Virus record (IMG/VR): IMGVR_UViG_3300033066_001787
Span: 3,650-67,649 of that record
Length of the DNA: 64,000 nt
Reading direction: 5' to 3' (one strand)
Source: a virus
Lineage: Duplodnaviria > Caudoviricetes
Shown here piece after piece: positions 17,260 to 26,169 of this stretch. Under the pieces are notes generated by a model, which ran no database searches, was not told where the DNA came from, and saw only the letters and a program-made list of their open reading frames with translations. The position numbers were made by a program, and so were the translations under genes. Position 1 is the first letter of the stretch. Each line of letters begins with the position of its first letter.

Positions 17260-19472
17260 TGCCTAAGGTCTCAAAAGATTTGCCTGATAGTCTTCGGGTA
17301 TACAACTTTCACGGATTGGATTTAAACTACAGAGAAGGAGAGAAGAATGCCACTTGCGATTGCATGTTCTGTGGACGGGAAAACAAGTTTAACATTCTGG
17401 TGGACACGGGTCAGTACCGATGTGTGGTATGCGGAGTCTCCGGCAATCAGTATGTTTTCATTCGTGAGCTGATGAGGTTGTCCGATGAAGCGACTACAGA
17501 TTATGTCTCTCTCGCTGAAGATCGCGGTCTTGCTCTGCCTGATTCAATTATTGTTTGGGGATTAGTCAAGTCTATATTGACTGATGAGTGGATGATCCCT
17601 GGATACGGGATGGACGGCAAGCTTCACCAGCTCTATCGTTATTTCGGAGTCAAGGGAAAGAGACGGATGATCCCGACGCCGACGTTGGGTCATCAGTTGT
17701 TTGGTCTCAATCTCTTCGACAAGGACAAGTCGACGATCGATCTCTTGGAAGGCCCATGGGACGGTCTTGCGTTCTACGAGATGCTCGCCAACGTCAAGTA
17801 TGAGGATGGATACTCACTCACTGCTAATGCGCAATCATCGTTGCTCTCTGACCGGAATGTTCTAGCGATCCCTGGTGCTGGTACGTTCTTTGAGACGTGG
17901 GTGCCTTTGTTCGCTGATAAGGTGGTGAATCTCTGGTGCCAGAATGATCATGTCAAGACAGCGGAGAACGGTCAGATCATCCCGTCAGCCAGCTACGAGG
18001 GGATGAAGCGGATAGCGAGGATGCTGCTGTCGTCTGACCATCCTCCGCTAGAGATCAACTATCTCTCTTGGGGCGAGAACGGGTACACTGAGGAGCTTCC
18101 TCATGGATTTGACATTCGAGACGCTCTAGGAGCTAACGGGAGAGCTCTAAGATCGCGTCTAGAACCATTCGTTGAGATATTTGACCAGATCTCCACGATT
18201 CCAGCCGAATGGTCAGAGAAATCAACCTCGATGACCAGGGATGGTAAGAAGGGTACGAAGAGGAAGCCGGAGGAGCTAGAGCTAGTTCCATGCTCAGACT
18301 GGAAGACTCTGATCAACGCCTGGAAGAAGGCTTTGAAATGGACTGACGGCCTGGACGTTGCTCTGTCCACAATGCTGTCAGCGATCGCCTCTACTGAGGC
18401 TGTTGGAGATCAACTGTGGATCGAGATCATCTCTCCAGCAAGCTCTGGAAAGTCGGTGTTGTGTGAAGCAGTCTCTGTCAACAAGAAGTATGTTTTGGCC
18501 AAGAGCACGATCAGAGGATTTCACTCTGGGTTCGGCAACGGAGACGAGGACAACTCTCTGCTGACGCTGGCCGCCAACAAGACGCTGGTGACCAAGGACG
18601 GCGACACGTTGCTGCAGTCTCCAAATCTCGGTCAGATCTTGGCCGAGGCGCGAGACGTCTATGACACGGTGTCTAGGACGCACTATCGCAACAAGCAGAG
18701 CAAGAACTACGAGGGGGTCCGCATGACGTGGATTCTCTGTGGAACAGCGTCGTTGCTGTCTCTGGACACGTCTGAGCTTGGTGAGCGCTTTCTCAAGTGC
18801 ATCATCATGGACGGCATCGATGATGATCTGGAAGACGAGGTGCTCATCCGTAGTGCTCACAGTGAGGTGGGAAAGATGAAGATGCAGTCAGGGATCGACG
18901 CGAGCACCAAGGAATCAGAGGAGATGATTCAGGCCAAAGCTCTCACAGGTGGTTACATCAACTACTTGAGAGAGAACTTCTTCGACTTGCTGGCTGGAGT
19001 CGAGATCAGTGATGATGTCTTGTGGAAGTGTACTCGTTATGGCAAGTTCATCGCGTTCATGCGAGCGAGACCCTCGACGAAGCAGGCGGAGCACTCAGAG
19101 CGTGAGTTCGCCGCTCGTCTCGTCAAGCAGATCATACGTCTGATGCAATCCACGGTGATCGTGCTGAACCAGCAGTGCGCTACTGACGAGGTGATGCGAA
19201 GAGTGAAGAAGGTGACTCTGAACACGTCTAGAGGGATCGTGCTGTCGATCGTGACGTACATGTACTATCTCGACGAGGACACTGGAGCGACCAACTCTAT
19301 GATCGCGGTGATGGTCCACAAGACTGCGGATGAGATCAGGCACATGATGAAGTTTCTGCGACATATCGGAGTCGTGGAGGCGTTCACGACCACAGATGAC
19401 AAGACGCGTCCAACGGCGCAGTACAGACTGACTCACAAGCTTCGAAAACTTTATAAGGAGGTGATGGGATGA
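17259..19472 (+). CDS. primase-helicase: Zn finger + TOPRIM + MCM-like AAA+ + winged helix
   Basis: CMFC...CVVC; LLEGPWDG; SPASSGKS; GERF Arg finger; R.VKQIIRL sensor-2-like; C-terminal HTH. Confidence 0.75.
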   Translation: MPKVSKDLPDSLRVYNFHGLDLNYREGEKNATCDCMFCGRENKFNILVDTGQYRCVVCGVSGNQYVFIRELMRLSDEATTDYVSLAEDRGLALPDSIIVWGLVKSILTDEWMIPGYGMDGKLHQLYRYFGVKGKRRMIPTPTLGHQLFGLNLFDKDKSTIDLLEGPWDGLAFYEMLANVKYEDGYSLTANAQSSLLSDRNVLAIPGAGTFFETWVPLFADKVVNLWCQNDHVKTAENGQIIPSASYEGMKRIARMLLSSDHPPLEINYLSWGENGYTEELPHGFDIRDALGANGRALRSRLEPFVEIFDQISTIPAEWSEKSTSMTRDGKKGTKRKPEELELVPCSDWKTLINAWKKALKWTDGLDVALSTMLSAIASTEAVGDQLWIEIISPASSGKSVLCEAVSVNKKYVLAKSTIRGFHSGFGNGDEDNSLLTLAANKTLVTKDGDTLLQSPNLGQILAEARDVYDTVSRTHYRNKQSKNYEGVRMTWILCGTASLLSLDTSELGERFLKCIIMDGIDDDLEDEVLIRSAHSEVGKMKMQSGIDASTKESEEMIQAKALTGGYINYLRENFFDLLAGVEISDDVLWKCTRYGKFIAFMRARPSTKQAEHSEREFAARLVKQIIRLMQSTVIVLNQQCATDEVMRRVKKVTLNTSRGIVLSIVTYMYYLDEDTGATNSMIAVMVHKTADEIRHMMKFLRHIGVVEAFTTTDDKTRPTAQYRLTHKLRKLYKEVMG

Positions 19473-20353
19473 GACAGCTATACATCAAAGACTGGAGCGA
19501 CAGTGCAGGGTTGACAAGCTTCAACTTTCCAGACGGTCAACCTCATGTCAAATACGGCAGAGCAGCAGAGCTTTCTCCTGGCGAGGGTATCCTCATTCGC
19601 TGTCGTATCGCCTCCTCGGACGATCTTCTCAAGCTTGGTATGCTTTGTGAAACTCTGAGGAACAAGTCTATCGGATGCTTCGTGACGATCACGTACTTGA
19701 TGGGAAGTCGCATGGATCGGCGAAACAGCAAGAGTGAGCCTTATTCTCTGATGGTGATCGCAAATCTTCTCAACTCGATGGGGATCGGCGGAGTATCAGT
19801 GTTCGTGCCGCACTCGTCATCCACGAGAGATCTGTTGGACAACTACGACGAGACTTATTGGGAGTACATTGAGAAAGGATTCTACCAGCGAGCGATCACT
19901 GCGATATTTGACAAGGAGTTTCCTGGCAAGATCACAGAAGACTACAGCATCGTGTATCCTGACTACGGGGCAAGCAAGAGATTCGGAGACATGCTGAAGG
20001 GATTTCAAGCAGATGAGGTCACGCTTGTCAAGACTCGGGAGCAGACGACAGGCAAGATCACGGGCATGAAGTTGCTTGACGGAGAGGTCCAAGAGACCTG
20101 CATCATCGTCGACGATCTCTGCGACGGTGGCAGAACGTTCGAAGAAGCTTCAAAGCTGCTGAGGATTCTGGGAGCTAAGAGAGTTCATCTCGTGGTCGCT
20201 CACGGCATCTTCTCGAAGGGGGTCCATCTACAAGGGATCGACAGTATCCACACGACAGACTCTTACAAGACCAAAGAAGACTACATGGAAGATTCTTTGT
20301 ATTCCGTGGTCGGCAACAATTTCCACGTCCACTCACTCTTTGAAGGCAACTGA
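19469..20353 (+). CDS. prs: ribose-phosphate pyrophosphokinase-like protein (candidate ADPR-PP synthetase, Adps)
   Basis: FPDGQPHV, YLMGSRMDR, VYPDYGA, IIVDDLCDGGRTF. Confidence 0.88.
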   Translation: MRQLYIKDWSDSAGLTSFNFPDGQPHVKYGRAAELSPGEGILIRCRIASSDDLLKLGMLCETLRNKSIGCFVTITYLMGSRMDRRNSKSEPYSLMVIANLLNSMGIGGVSVFVPHSSSTRDLLDNYDETYWEYIEKGFYQRAITAIFDKEFPGKITEDYSIVYPDYGASKRFGDMLKGFQADEVTLVKTREQTTGKITGMKLLDGEVQETCIIVDDLCDGGRTFEEASKLLRILGAKRVHLVVAHGIFSKGVHLQGIDSIHTTDSYKTKEDYMEDSLYSVVGNNFHVHSLFEGN

Positions 20354-20356
20354 TCA

Positions 20357-21832
20357 ATGTTGTTTCCTATCTCACCGCTGTTGTTGCTCGACGGTTACAA
20401 GACCGATCATCGTCGTCAGTATCCTGAGGGAACAGAGCAAGTCACCTCAAATCTCACTCCTCGCAAGTCCAGGATCGATGGATTTGATGAGGTCGTGTTC
20501 TTCGGCAACCAGTACTTCTTGCAAAAATACCTCATCGATGACATGCGAGAAGAATTCTTCGACCAAGATGAGAGCTACGTTGTAGATAAATACCAGGCAG
20601 TGATGGATCAGTACCTTGGTATGAATTCAGTCTCAACGAAGCATATCGCAGAGCTTCATCAGCTGGGGTATCTTCCTCTTGAGATCCGAGCATTGCCAGA
20701 AGGGACTCGCTGTCCAATCGGAGTGCCGATGCTGACGATCGAGAACACTGATCCAAGATTCTTCTGGCTCACGAACCAGCTTGAGACGCTGTTGTCGTGT
20801 TGTCTGTGGAGTCCCTGTACGGCTGCTACTTTGGCCTACCGATACCGAAAGACGTTTGACAGGTACAACCTACAGACAGGGATTCCATTCGAGCTTGGTA
20901 AGTACCAAGGACATGATTTCTCGTTCCGTGGAATGAGTTCTGTCGAATCGGCGTTGACGGCTGGAGCAGGTCACTTGACCTCGTTCGCAGGTACGGACAC
21001 GATACCGACATTGTTGTTCATCGAGGAGTACTACAGCTCAGGTCTGCGCCACAGTGATTTGATCGGTTGTTCAGTCCCTGCTACGGAACACTCGGTGATG
21101 TGCATGGGAGGGATGGAGAACGAGATCGAGACGTATCGACGGTTGATCACGAAGGTCTATCCAACAGGCATCGTGTCGATCGTGTCAGACACCTGGGATT
21201 TCTGGTCGTTGATGACGATCGGTCTCGACGCTCTGTACGACGACATCGTGAAGCGGCAAGGCAAGGTGGTGTTCCGTCCAGACAGCGGTGATCCGGTCAA
21301 GATCATCTGTGGTGATCCAGAAGCAGCTCCAGGCAGCGCAGCTTGGAAGGGAGCGTTTCAGCTCTTGTGGGACAAGTTTGGAGGAACAGAGCACCAAGGG
21401 TTCAAGCATCTCCACCCCAAGGTCGGGCTCATCTACGGTGACTCGATCACGCCGGAGCGTCAAGAGGCGATCCTTGGAATTCTCTCTCAGAGAGGTTTTG
21501 CGCCAAACGTCGTTCTTGGTATCGGCTCTTACACTTACCAGTACAAGAGCAGAGACACATTCGGGTTCGCTGTCAAGGCGACTCACGGTGTCGTCGACGG
21601 AGAAGACAGGATGATCTTCAAGTCACCAAAGACTGATCCAACAGGGGAGAAGAAATCTCTCAAGGGCAGGGTTGGAGTGTTCGTGGAGAACAACAAGATC
21701 GTCGTGAGAGACCAGCTGAGCCTGAAAGAATCTAGAACAGGACTACTCAAGCAAAAATTTTGTAATGGCAACATGACTCACCGTGAGAGTCTAGCCGATG
21801 TTCGATACCGACTACATGGGGAGAGCTTCTGA
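20357..21832 (+). CDS. nadV: nicotinamide phosphoribosyltransferase-like protein (candidate Namat)
   Basis: DGYKTDH, HDFSFRG, PATEHSVM, SIVSDTWD, RPDSGDP, IYGDSIT. Confidence 0.92.
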   Translation: MLFPISPLLLLDGYKTDHRRQYPEGTEQVTSNLTPRKSRIDGFDEVVFFGNQYFLQKYLIDDMREEFFDQDESYVVDKYQAVMDQYLGMNSVSTKHIAELHQLGYLPLEIRALPEGTRCPIGVPMLTIENTDPRFFWLTNQLETLLSCCLWSPCTAATLAYRYRKTFDRYNLQTGIPFELGKYQGHDFSFRGMSSVESALTAGAGHLTSFAGTDTIPTLLFIEEYYSSGLRHSDLIGCSVPATEHSVMCMGGMENEIETYRRLITKVYPTGIVSIVSDTWDFWSLMTIGLDALYDDIVKRQGKVVFRPDSGDPVKIICGDPEAAPGSAAWKGAFQLLWDKFGGTEHQGFKHLHPKVGLIYGDSITPERQEAILGILSQRGFAPNVVLGIGSYTYQYKSRDTFGFAVKATHGVVDGEDRMIFKSPKTDPTGEKKSLKGRVGVFVENNKIVVRDQLSLKESRTGLLKQKFCNGNMTHRESLADVRYRLHGESF

Positions 21833-22008
21833 TGGATCTTATGACCTTTCTTGGATACTTAGGACCACTCTTGCTTGGTTTTGGAATCGGTCTGTCTTTT
21901 GGTAGTTCTTGCGGACAAGAAAAACTTAAAAAAGAAGCAATCAATCTTGGATTAGGTCAATACAATCCCCAAACTGCAGAATTTGAATGGAAGTACAGAA
22001 ATGAATGA
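21832..22008 (+). CDS. 58-aa membrane protein (not in ORF track)
   Basis: TGATG overlap; N-terminal hydrophobic helix. Confidence 0.45.
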   Translation: MDLMTFLGYLGPLLLGFGIGLSFGSSCGQEKLKKEAINLGLGQYNPQTAEFEWKYRNE

Positions 22009-22474
22009 GCTAACGATTGAACAAAAAGCAACGAACAACGATACGTTTCGCCACATCGAGCGGGTCAGGAATCTGATCAACAAGTGCGTCGTGGACCTCT
22101 TGAAACGGGGGGAGAAGCACGATCAGACTAAGCTGGAATCCCCAGAGGTAGAGCTGTTCACCGAGTACACTCCGAAGCTTGCTGGATCGACTTATGGGAG
22201 CAGCGAGTATGAAGGGTTTCGTAAAGCGATGGGACCAGCTTTACAGCACCACTACGCCAACAACTCCCACCATCCAGAGCATTGGGCGAACGGTGTCAAC
22301 GATATGTCCTTGCTCGATATCATGGAGATGCTCTGCGACTGGAAGGCTGCAAGTGAACGGCACAATGACGGTAACATCCGAAAGTCTATCAAGATCAACG
22401 CTGATCGATTCGGCCTCTCTCCTCAGCTTGTGTTGATACTGGAGAACACAGCAGATCTTTTGTTCAAGGAGTAA
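22001..22474 (+). CDS. DUF5662-like HD-domain protein
   Basis: HIERV, HDQTKL, HHY..NSHHPEHW, EMLCDW.AA. Confidence 0.75.
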   Translation: MNELTIEQKATNNDTFRHIERVRNLINKCVVDLLKRGEKHDQTKLESPEVELFTEYTPKLAGSTYGSSEYEGFRKAMGPALQHHYANNSHHPEHWANGVNDMSLLDIMEMLCDWKAASERHNDGNIRKSIKINADRFGLSPQLVLILENTADLLFKE

Positions 22475-22475
22475 C

Positions 22476-22682
22476 ATGAAACTCGTCAAAGGAAAGCGGT
22501 TGGTGATACTCAATCACTCTGAGAACGATCTTGTCGAGGGGAATTTCCTAGGTACTCAGACAGGCGATAGAGTAAGATTCAAAGTTGATGGCCGTCGTGG
22601 GTATGAGTTTACAGCGGGAGATTCTGTCAAGGTAGATACTCCTGTTGTAGTGACTGTTGTAAGAGCGAAGGAGATCAAGTGA
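22476..22682 (+). CDS. hypothetical protein
   Basis: Tiled ORF with RBS. Confidence 0.5.
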   Translation: MKLVKGKRLVILNHSENDLVEGNFLGTQTGDRVRFKVDGRRGYEFTAGDSVKVDTPVVVTVVRAKEIK

Positions 22683-22882
22683 AACCTGATGATGTTTTAA
22701 GTTGCCGAAGAATCGAGACTAGCAAACCGTTGTTCGGAAGGTATGACGGAAATTACTCTGGATACATTGTGACTTTCGTGGATGGGAACGGACATGCCTT
22801 TGAATTGAAGATGAAAGACGGCATCAGAGGAACTCGGCGTTGTAGAGTGGCAGTGTCTTCTCTAGGCATCGAGGTAGAATGA
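22679..22882 (+). CDS. hypothetical protein
   Basis: GTGA overlap. Confidence 0.5.
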   Translation: MKPDDVLSCRRIETSKPLFGRYDGNYSGYIVTFVDGNGHAFELKMKDGIRGTRRCRVAVSSLGIEVE

Positions 22883-23067
22883 TGGACGATATCATCGAGA
22901 AGCTCAAAGAGTTGATATTGAGAGAGAACCAAGGACAGGTTTTGAGAGACTTTGTGACAGACCTGATCCAATTAGCTCAAGAGAAGGACAAGGAACTCAA
23001 AGACCTTCAGAGACAGGTAGAGCACTTGGAGAACTGTATTTTGATGGGAGGAGAGTACAATGTTTGA
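22879..23067 (+). CDS. small coiled-coil protein
   Basis: Heptad pattern; ATGA overlap. Confidence 0.5.
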   Translation: MMDDIIEKLKELILRENQGQVLRDFVTDLIQLAQEKDKELKDLQRQVEHLENCILMGGEYNV

Positions 23068-23266
23068 TCTGTCAACGATTCAGCTGATCAACTCAACAGC
23101 TAAAACTCTTGCTGGAAACAAGAAACCTGTTAGGATGGCGATCTGTCCTAGCGAGTTGAGGAAGGAATCGGAACAGTTGAGATTGGTCAGCAGTGAAGCT
23201 GAACTGAACGAACCGACTATGGATGTTTTGGACAGCGAGTTGTTCAGTGGAAAGGTTCGCGGATGA
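23060..23266 (+). CDS. hypothetical protein
   Basis: GGAG RBS; tiled. Confidence 0.45.
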   Translation: MFDLSTIQLINSTAKTLAGNKKPVRMAICPSELRKESEQLRLVSSEAELNEPTMDVLDSELFSGKVRG

Positions 23267-23478
23267 AAGTTCAATGCCCTGATTGCAAGAAGATCTATGA
23301 CACTACCAGAACAGCAGGATATTGTTGTGGTCATTGGATCACTGGCGATGAAATGCTTGTCGTTGATCGAGTCCTCCCGAGCGAAGTCGCGGCAAGAAAG
23401 AGTCTAGAGGAGAGAGTCGCTGTCCTTGAGCAGAAGTTTGAGATGTTCATGGAACAAAGAGCAAGAGATTCAAGGTGA
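23263..23478 (+). CDS. small zinc-ribbon/coiled-coil protein
   Basis: CPDC...CCGH. Confidence 0.5.
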   Translation: MKVQCPDCKKIYDTTRTAGYCCGHWITGDEMLVVDRVLPSEVAARKSLEERVAVLEQKFEMFMEQRARDSR

Positions 23479-23512
23479 TCAGTTACAAACCTGTTTCCTG
23501 AGGAGAAATAAA

Positions 23513-23797
23513 ATGAGCGAAGAACCACAAGCTGTACCAGAATACGTTCCAAATGCTTGGAAAACAATTGCTCCGATTGAACTACAAGAGTATCTCTTTG
23601 CTGAGACGGTCGCTGCTCAAAAAGGACAGACTCCTGACGCAGTAAGAGATAAGATACGTGGAGCAATGAGATTACAACGATTCAACATCTTCAACTGGCT
23701 GATGATGAACGGAGTGCAGATTCCTCCTGTACTGATGAGCGACAACATTCACAAACCAGTTGGCGAGCAATTTCCTGACAGAACAACTGCAAAATAG
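23513..23797 (+). CDS. hypothetical protein
   Basis: GAGGAG RBS. Confidence 0.55.
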   Translation: MSEEPQAVPEYVPNAWKTIAPIELQEYLFAETVAAQKGQTPDAVRDKIRGAMRLQRFNIFNWLMMNGVQIPPVLMSDNIHKPVGEQFPDRTTAK

Positions 23798-23847
23798 CCA
23801 GAAAATGACTTTGTCGCGTATATATAGTGTGAGGAGGTGACAAAAAG

Positions 23848-24441
23848 TTGAACAAAGCAAACAAGAAATTGACAGACAAACGCAAAGCATTTGTGTTACA
23901 CATGGCAAGGTTGAATAACAGAACTCAAGCAGCGATAGAGGCAGGATATAGCAAGAGTAGAGCAGCCCAGGAAGGGTACGAACTTATGCAAGATCCTGCT
24001 GTATTACGTGAGCTAGGAAAAGCAAGACAGAGGCTCTACGCTGAGTACGAAGAACAGCTTGGTGTAGTGATGGAGAAGCTATTCTATGCTCTTACAGTGC
24101 AGGGCAGTGACTTCATCGATGAGAAGACCGGACGTGCATTACCGATACATGAGTTGTGCGAGCGAGCAAATTCGGTGATCGACGGGCTGACTATCGAGGA
24201 GAAGACTAACATGCTCGGTGAGGTGATCATCACTACCAAGCTGAAGACTGTCTCGAAGTCCGCTGCGATGGACATGGCGTTGAAGATCCTCGGCAAGTAT
24301 GCTCCTGTCGAGAGCAACTCCACGAACACGATCGTGATCGACCCTGCCACGCTGTACGGTAGGCCGCAAGAGAAAGACCCTCTGAATGAGCGTATAATAG
24401 AGCTTGAGAGATTACCTGACAAACCCCTGGAGGAGCAATGA
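23848..24441 (+). CDS. terS: terminase small subunit
   Basis: LTDKRKAFV..., TQAAIEAGYS..RA.Q.G..L HTH; upstream of terL. Confidence 0.85.
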   Translation: MNKANKKLTDKRKAFVLHMARLNNRTQAAIEAGYSKSRAAQEGYELMQDPAVLRELGKARQRLYAEYEEQLGVVMEKLFYALTVQGSDFIDEKTGRALPIHELCERANSVIDGLTIEEKTNMLGEVIITTKLKTVSKSAAMDMALKILGKYAPVESNSTNTIVIDPATLYGRPQEKDPLNERIIELERLPDKPLEEQ

Positions 24442-24737
24442 CCGAGACAAAGCCAGGAACGATACAACAGTTTGTTGACAAAGAGGATATAGTCTCTGAC
24501 GAAGTGTACCAGCGCAATGGTAGATGGGTAGAGTTTGGAGTGATAGAGAGAAAGGTTGAGAAGGAAGTCGTGTTGATGATGGCTCTTTATCCTATCTCCT
24601 CCCCTTTTGTCGACGGTGTCTCTAATCCGGTCTGCCGAGTGTACTTGTCAAAAACTGATAACTTTGCAGTCAATTTTGAAGTCGCTAAGAGACGTATCGA
24701 AGAACGGTTTGATAAAGAGTATCCGTCAAAAGAGTGA
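24438..24737 (+). CDS. hypothetical protein
   Basis: GGAGG RBS; tiled. Confidence 0.5.
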   Translation: MTETKPGTIQQFVDKEDIVSDEVYQRNGRWVEFGVIERKVEKEVVLMMALYPISSPFVDGVSNPVCRVYLSKTDNFAVNFEVAKRRIEERFDKEYPSKE

Positions 24738-25363
24738 GCATGATAGTAAGCGGACATTGGTTTGCTGTCAGAAGACGCCAGCTGGTGCGAGAACATTTCA
24801 AAAGACTGGAGCAGAGAATGGTAAAGGTCATTTCTACCCTTGGCTATGGGACAGAGTGGCATCTTGAACAGGTAGACCTCGCTGGTGTAGGCCGCATCCT
24901 GACTGAGCAAGAAGCTCGCAAAGTGTTGTTGGAAACTTCCCACTATAGCCTACCTTTTACTTACGTCAAAAGAGGAGCAAAGAAAATGGTCAAAGTAAAT
25001 ACCTATGAGAAGATCAACGAGCTACGAGAACAGCTCAAAGTCGTTGAGGCGTTCGCAGAAGGAAAAACAATTCAGTCAAGAAGCAAAAGCAACCTTAATT
25101 GGGTTGATGTTGTTGATCCTTGCTGGAACTTCGACATGTACGATTACCGAATCAAGCCAGTGAAAACGCTCAGACCGTACAACACTGCTGAGATGAAGAA
25201 GTTGGTAGGAAAGATCATCGTGAACAAGCACTACCAAGATCACGTGCTCGTCATCGCTGCTGGAAATGCTGCTGTATTGACTGGAAGCAAAGACATCACA
25301 GGACCACAGCTACTGGCTGATTGGTATAATCTCGACGGTTCACCTTGCGGAGTGCTAGAATGA
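24734..25363 (+). CDS. hypothetical phage protein
   Basis: AFAEGKTIQ...W.D...P.WNF..YDYRIKP motif common in phage proteins. Confidence 0.55.
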   Translation: MSMIVSGHWFAVRRRQLVREHFKRLEQRMVKVISTLGYGTEWHLEQVDLAGVGRILTEQEARKVLLETSHYSLPFTYVKRGAKKMVKVNTYEKINELREQLKVVEAFAEGKTIQSRSKSNLNWVDVVDPCWNFDMYDYRIKPVKTLRPYNTAEMKKLVGKIIVNKHYQDHVLVIAAGNAAVLTGSKDITGPQLLADWYNLDGSPCGVLE

Positions 25364-25587
25364 ATACTTGTGAGACGTGCGTGTTCTTCAAGCCAGGATC
25401 AGTTCTACAAGGAGGTTCTCCAGGACAGGGAGTATGCTTCAGGTATCCTCCCTCGGTGTTCCCTATGAATGTTCAAGGAGGAGTGGGCTCAATCAGTTTA
25501 CGAGCAGGCGTCAAAAAGGAGGAACCAGCTTGCGGAGAGTACGAGACTAACTTGGTGATGTCAGACTTCAAATCCATCGGAGAGTAG
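25360..25587 (+). CDS. small Cys-rich protein
   Basis: CETC.FF...G.C.RYPP...CGE. Confidence 0.55.
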   Translation: MNTCETCVFFKPGSVLQGGSPGQGVCFRYPPSVFPMNVQGGVGSISLRAGVKKEEPACGEYETNLVMSDFKSIGE

Positions 25588-25759
25588 GATGAACCGGTAT
25601 CGCAGCTGGATCTGTTGGAAGTGCTTGATACGTTGCTCGATCTGGTCTTGGCGCTGTAGTCGTTGTGGGAGACATCGAAGTGAAGATAACTGAGATTTTG
25701 AAATTTCTAGTGCTAGGAATCCTAGGAACATTGTTCGCGAGTGAATCGATGATCATCGC

Positions 25760-26169
25760 ATGCCATTATCTAACAATGTTCAACCGCTGGATGGGGTGGG
25801 CCTGATGATACGAGAACGCTATACAAGGTACAGACTCAGCGTCAAGGAATACCTCTGGGACAAGCTTGAAATTGCCGCTGATGCGACGTTGAACGCTGTC
25901 TGCTTTCTCATCGCCCTCCTTGTGATGTTACAGGTAGTCATCATCGGGACGACGCTGCTGGTCAACTTCAACAAATGGTTAGGATTGATGTAATGAGAAA
26001 TCTCAACTACTTTGTCTGGCTCGTCGCTACGATCTGGGTGCTGTACCTTTGCTTGCCTGTGGCGTTTATCTGCTGTAACTGGTACGGGGTGTTTGCGGTA
26101 TGCATCGTGTCCTCTTTCGTGGACTGGCGGCTAGATGCCTCTTCCTCAGGAGAAAAGACTGTTGATTGA
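25760..26169 (+). CDS. two small membrane proteins (25760-25993 and 25993-26169)
   Basis: Hydrophobic helices; TAATG overlap. Confidence 0.4.
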
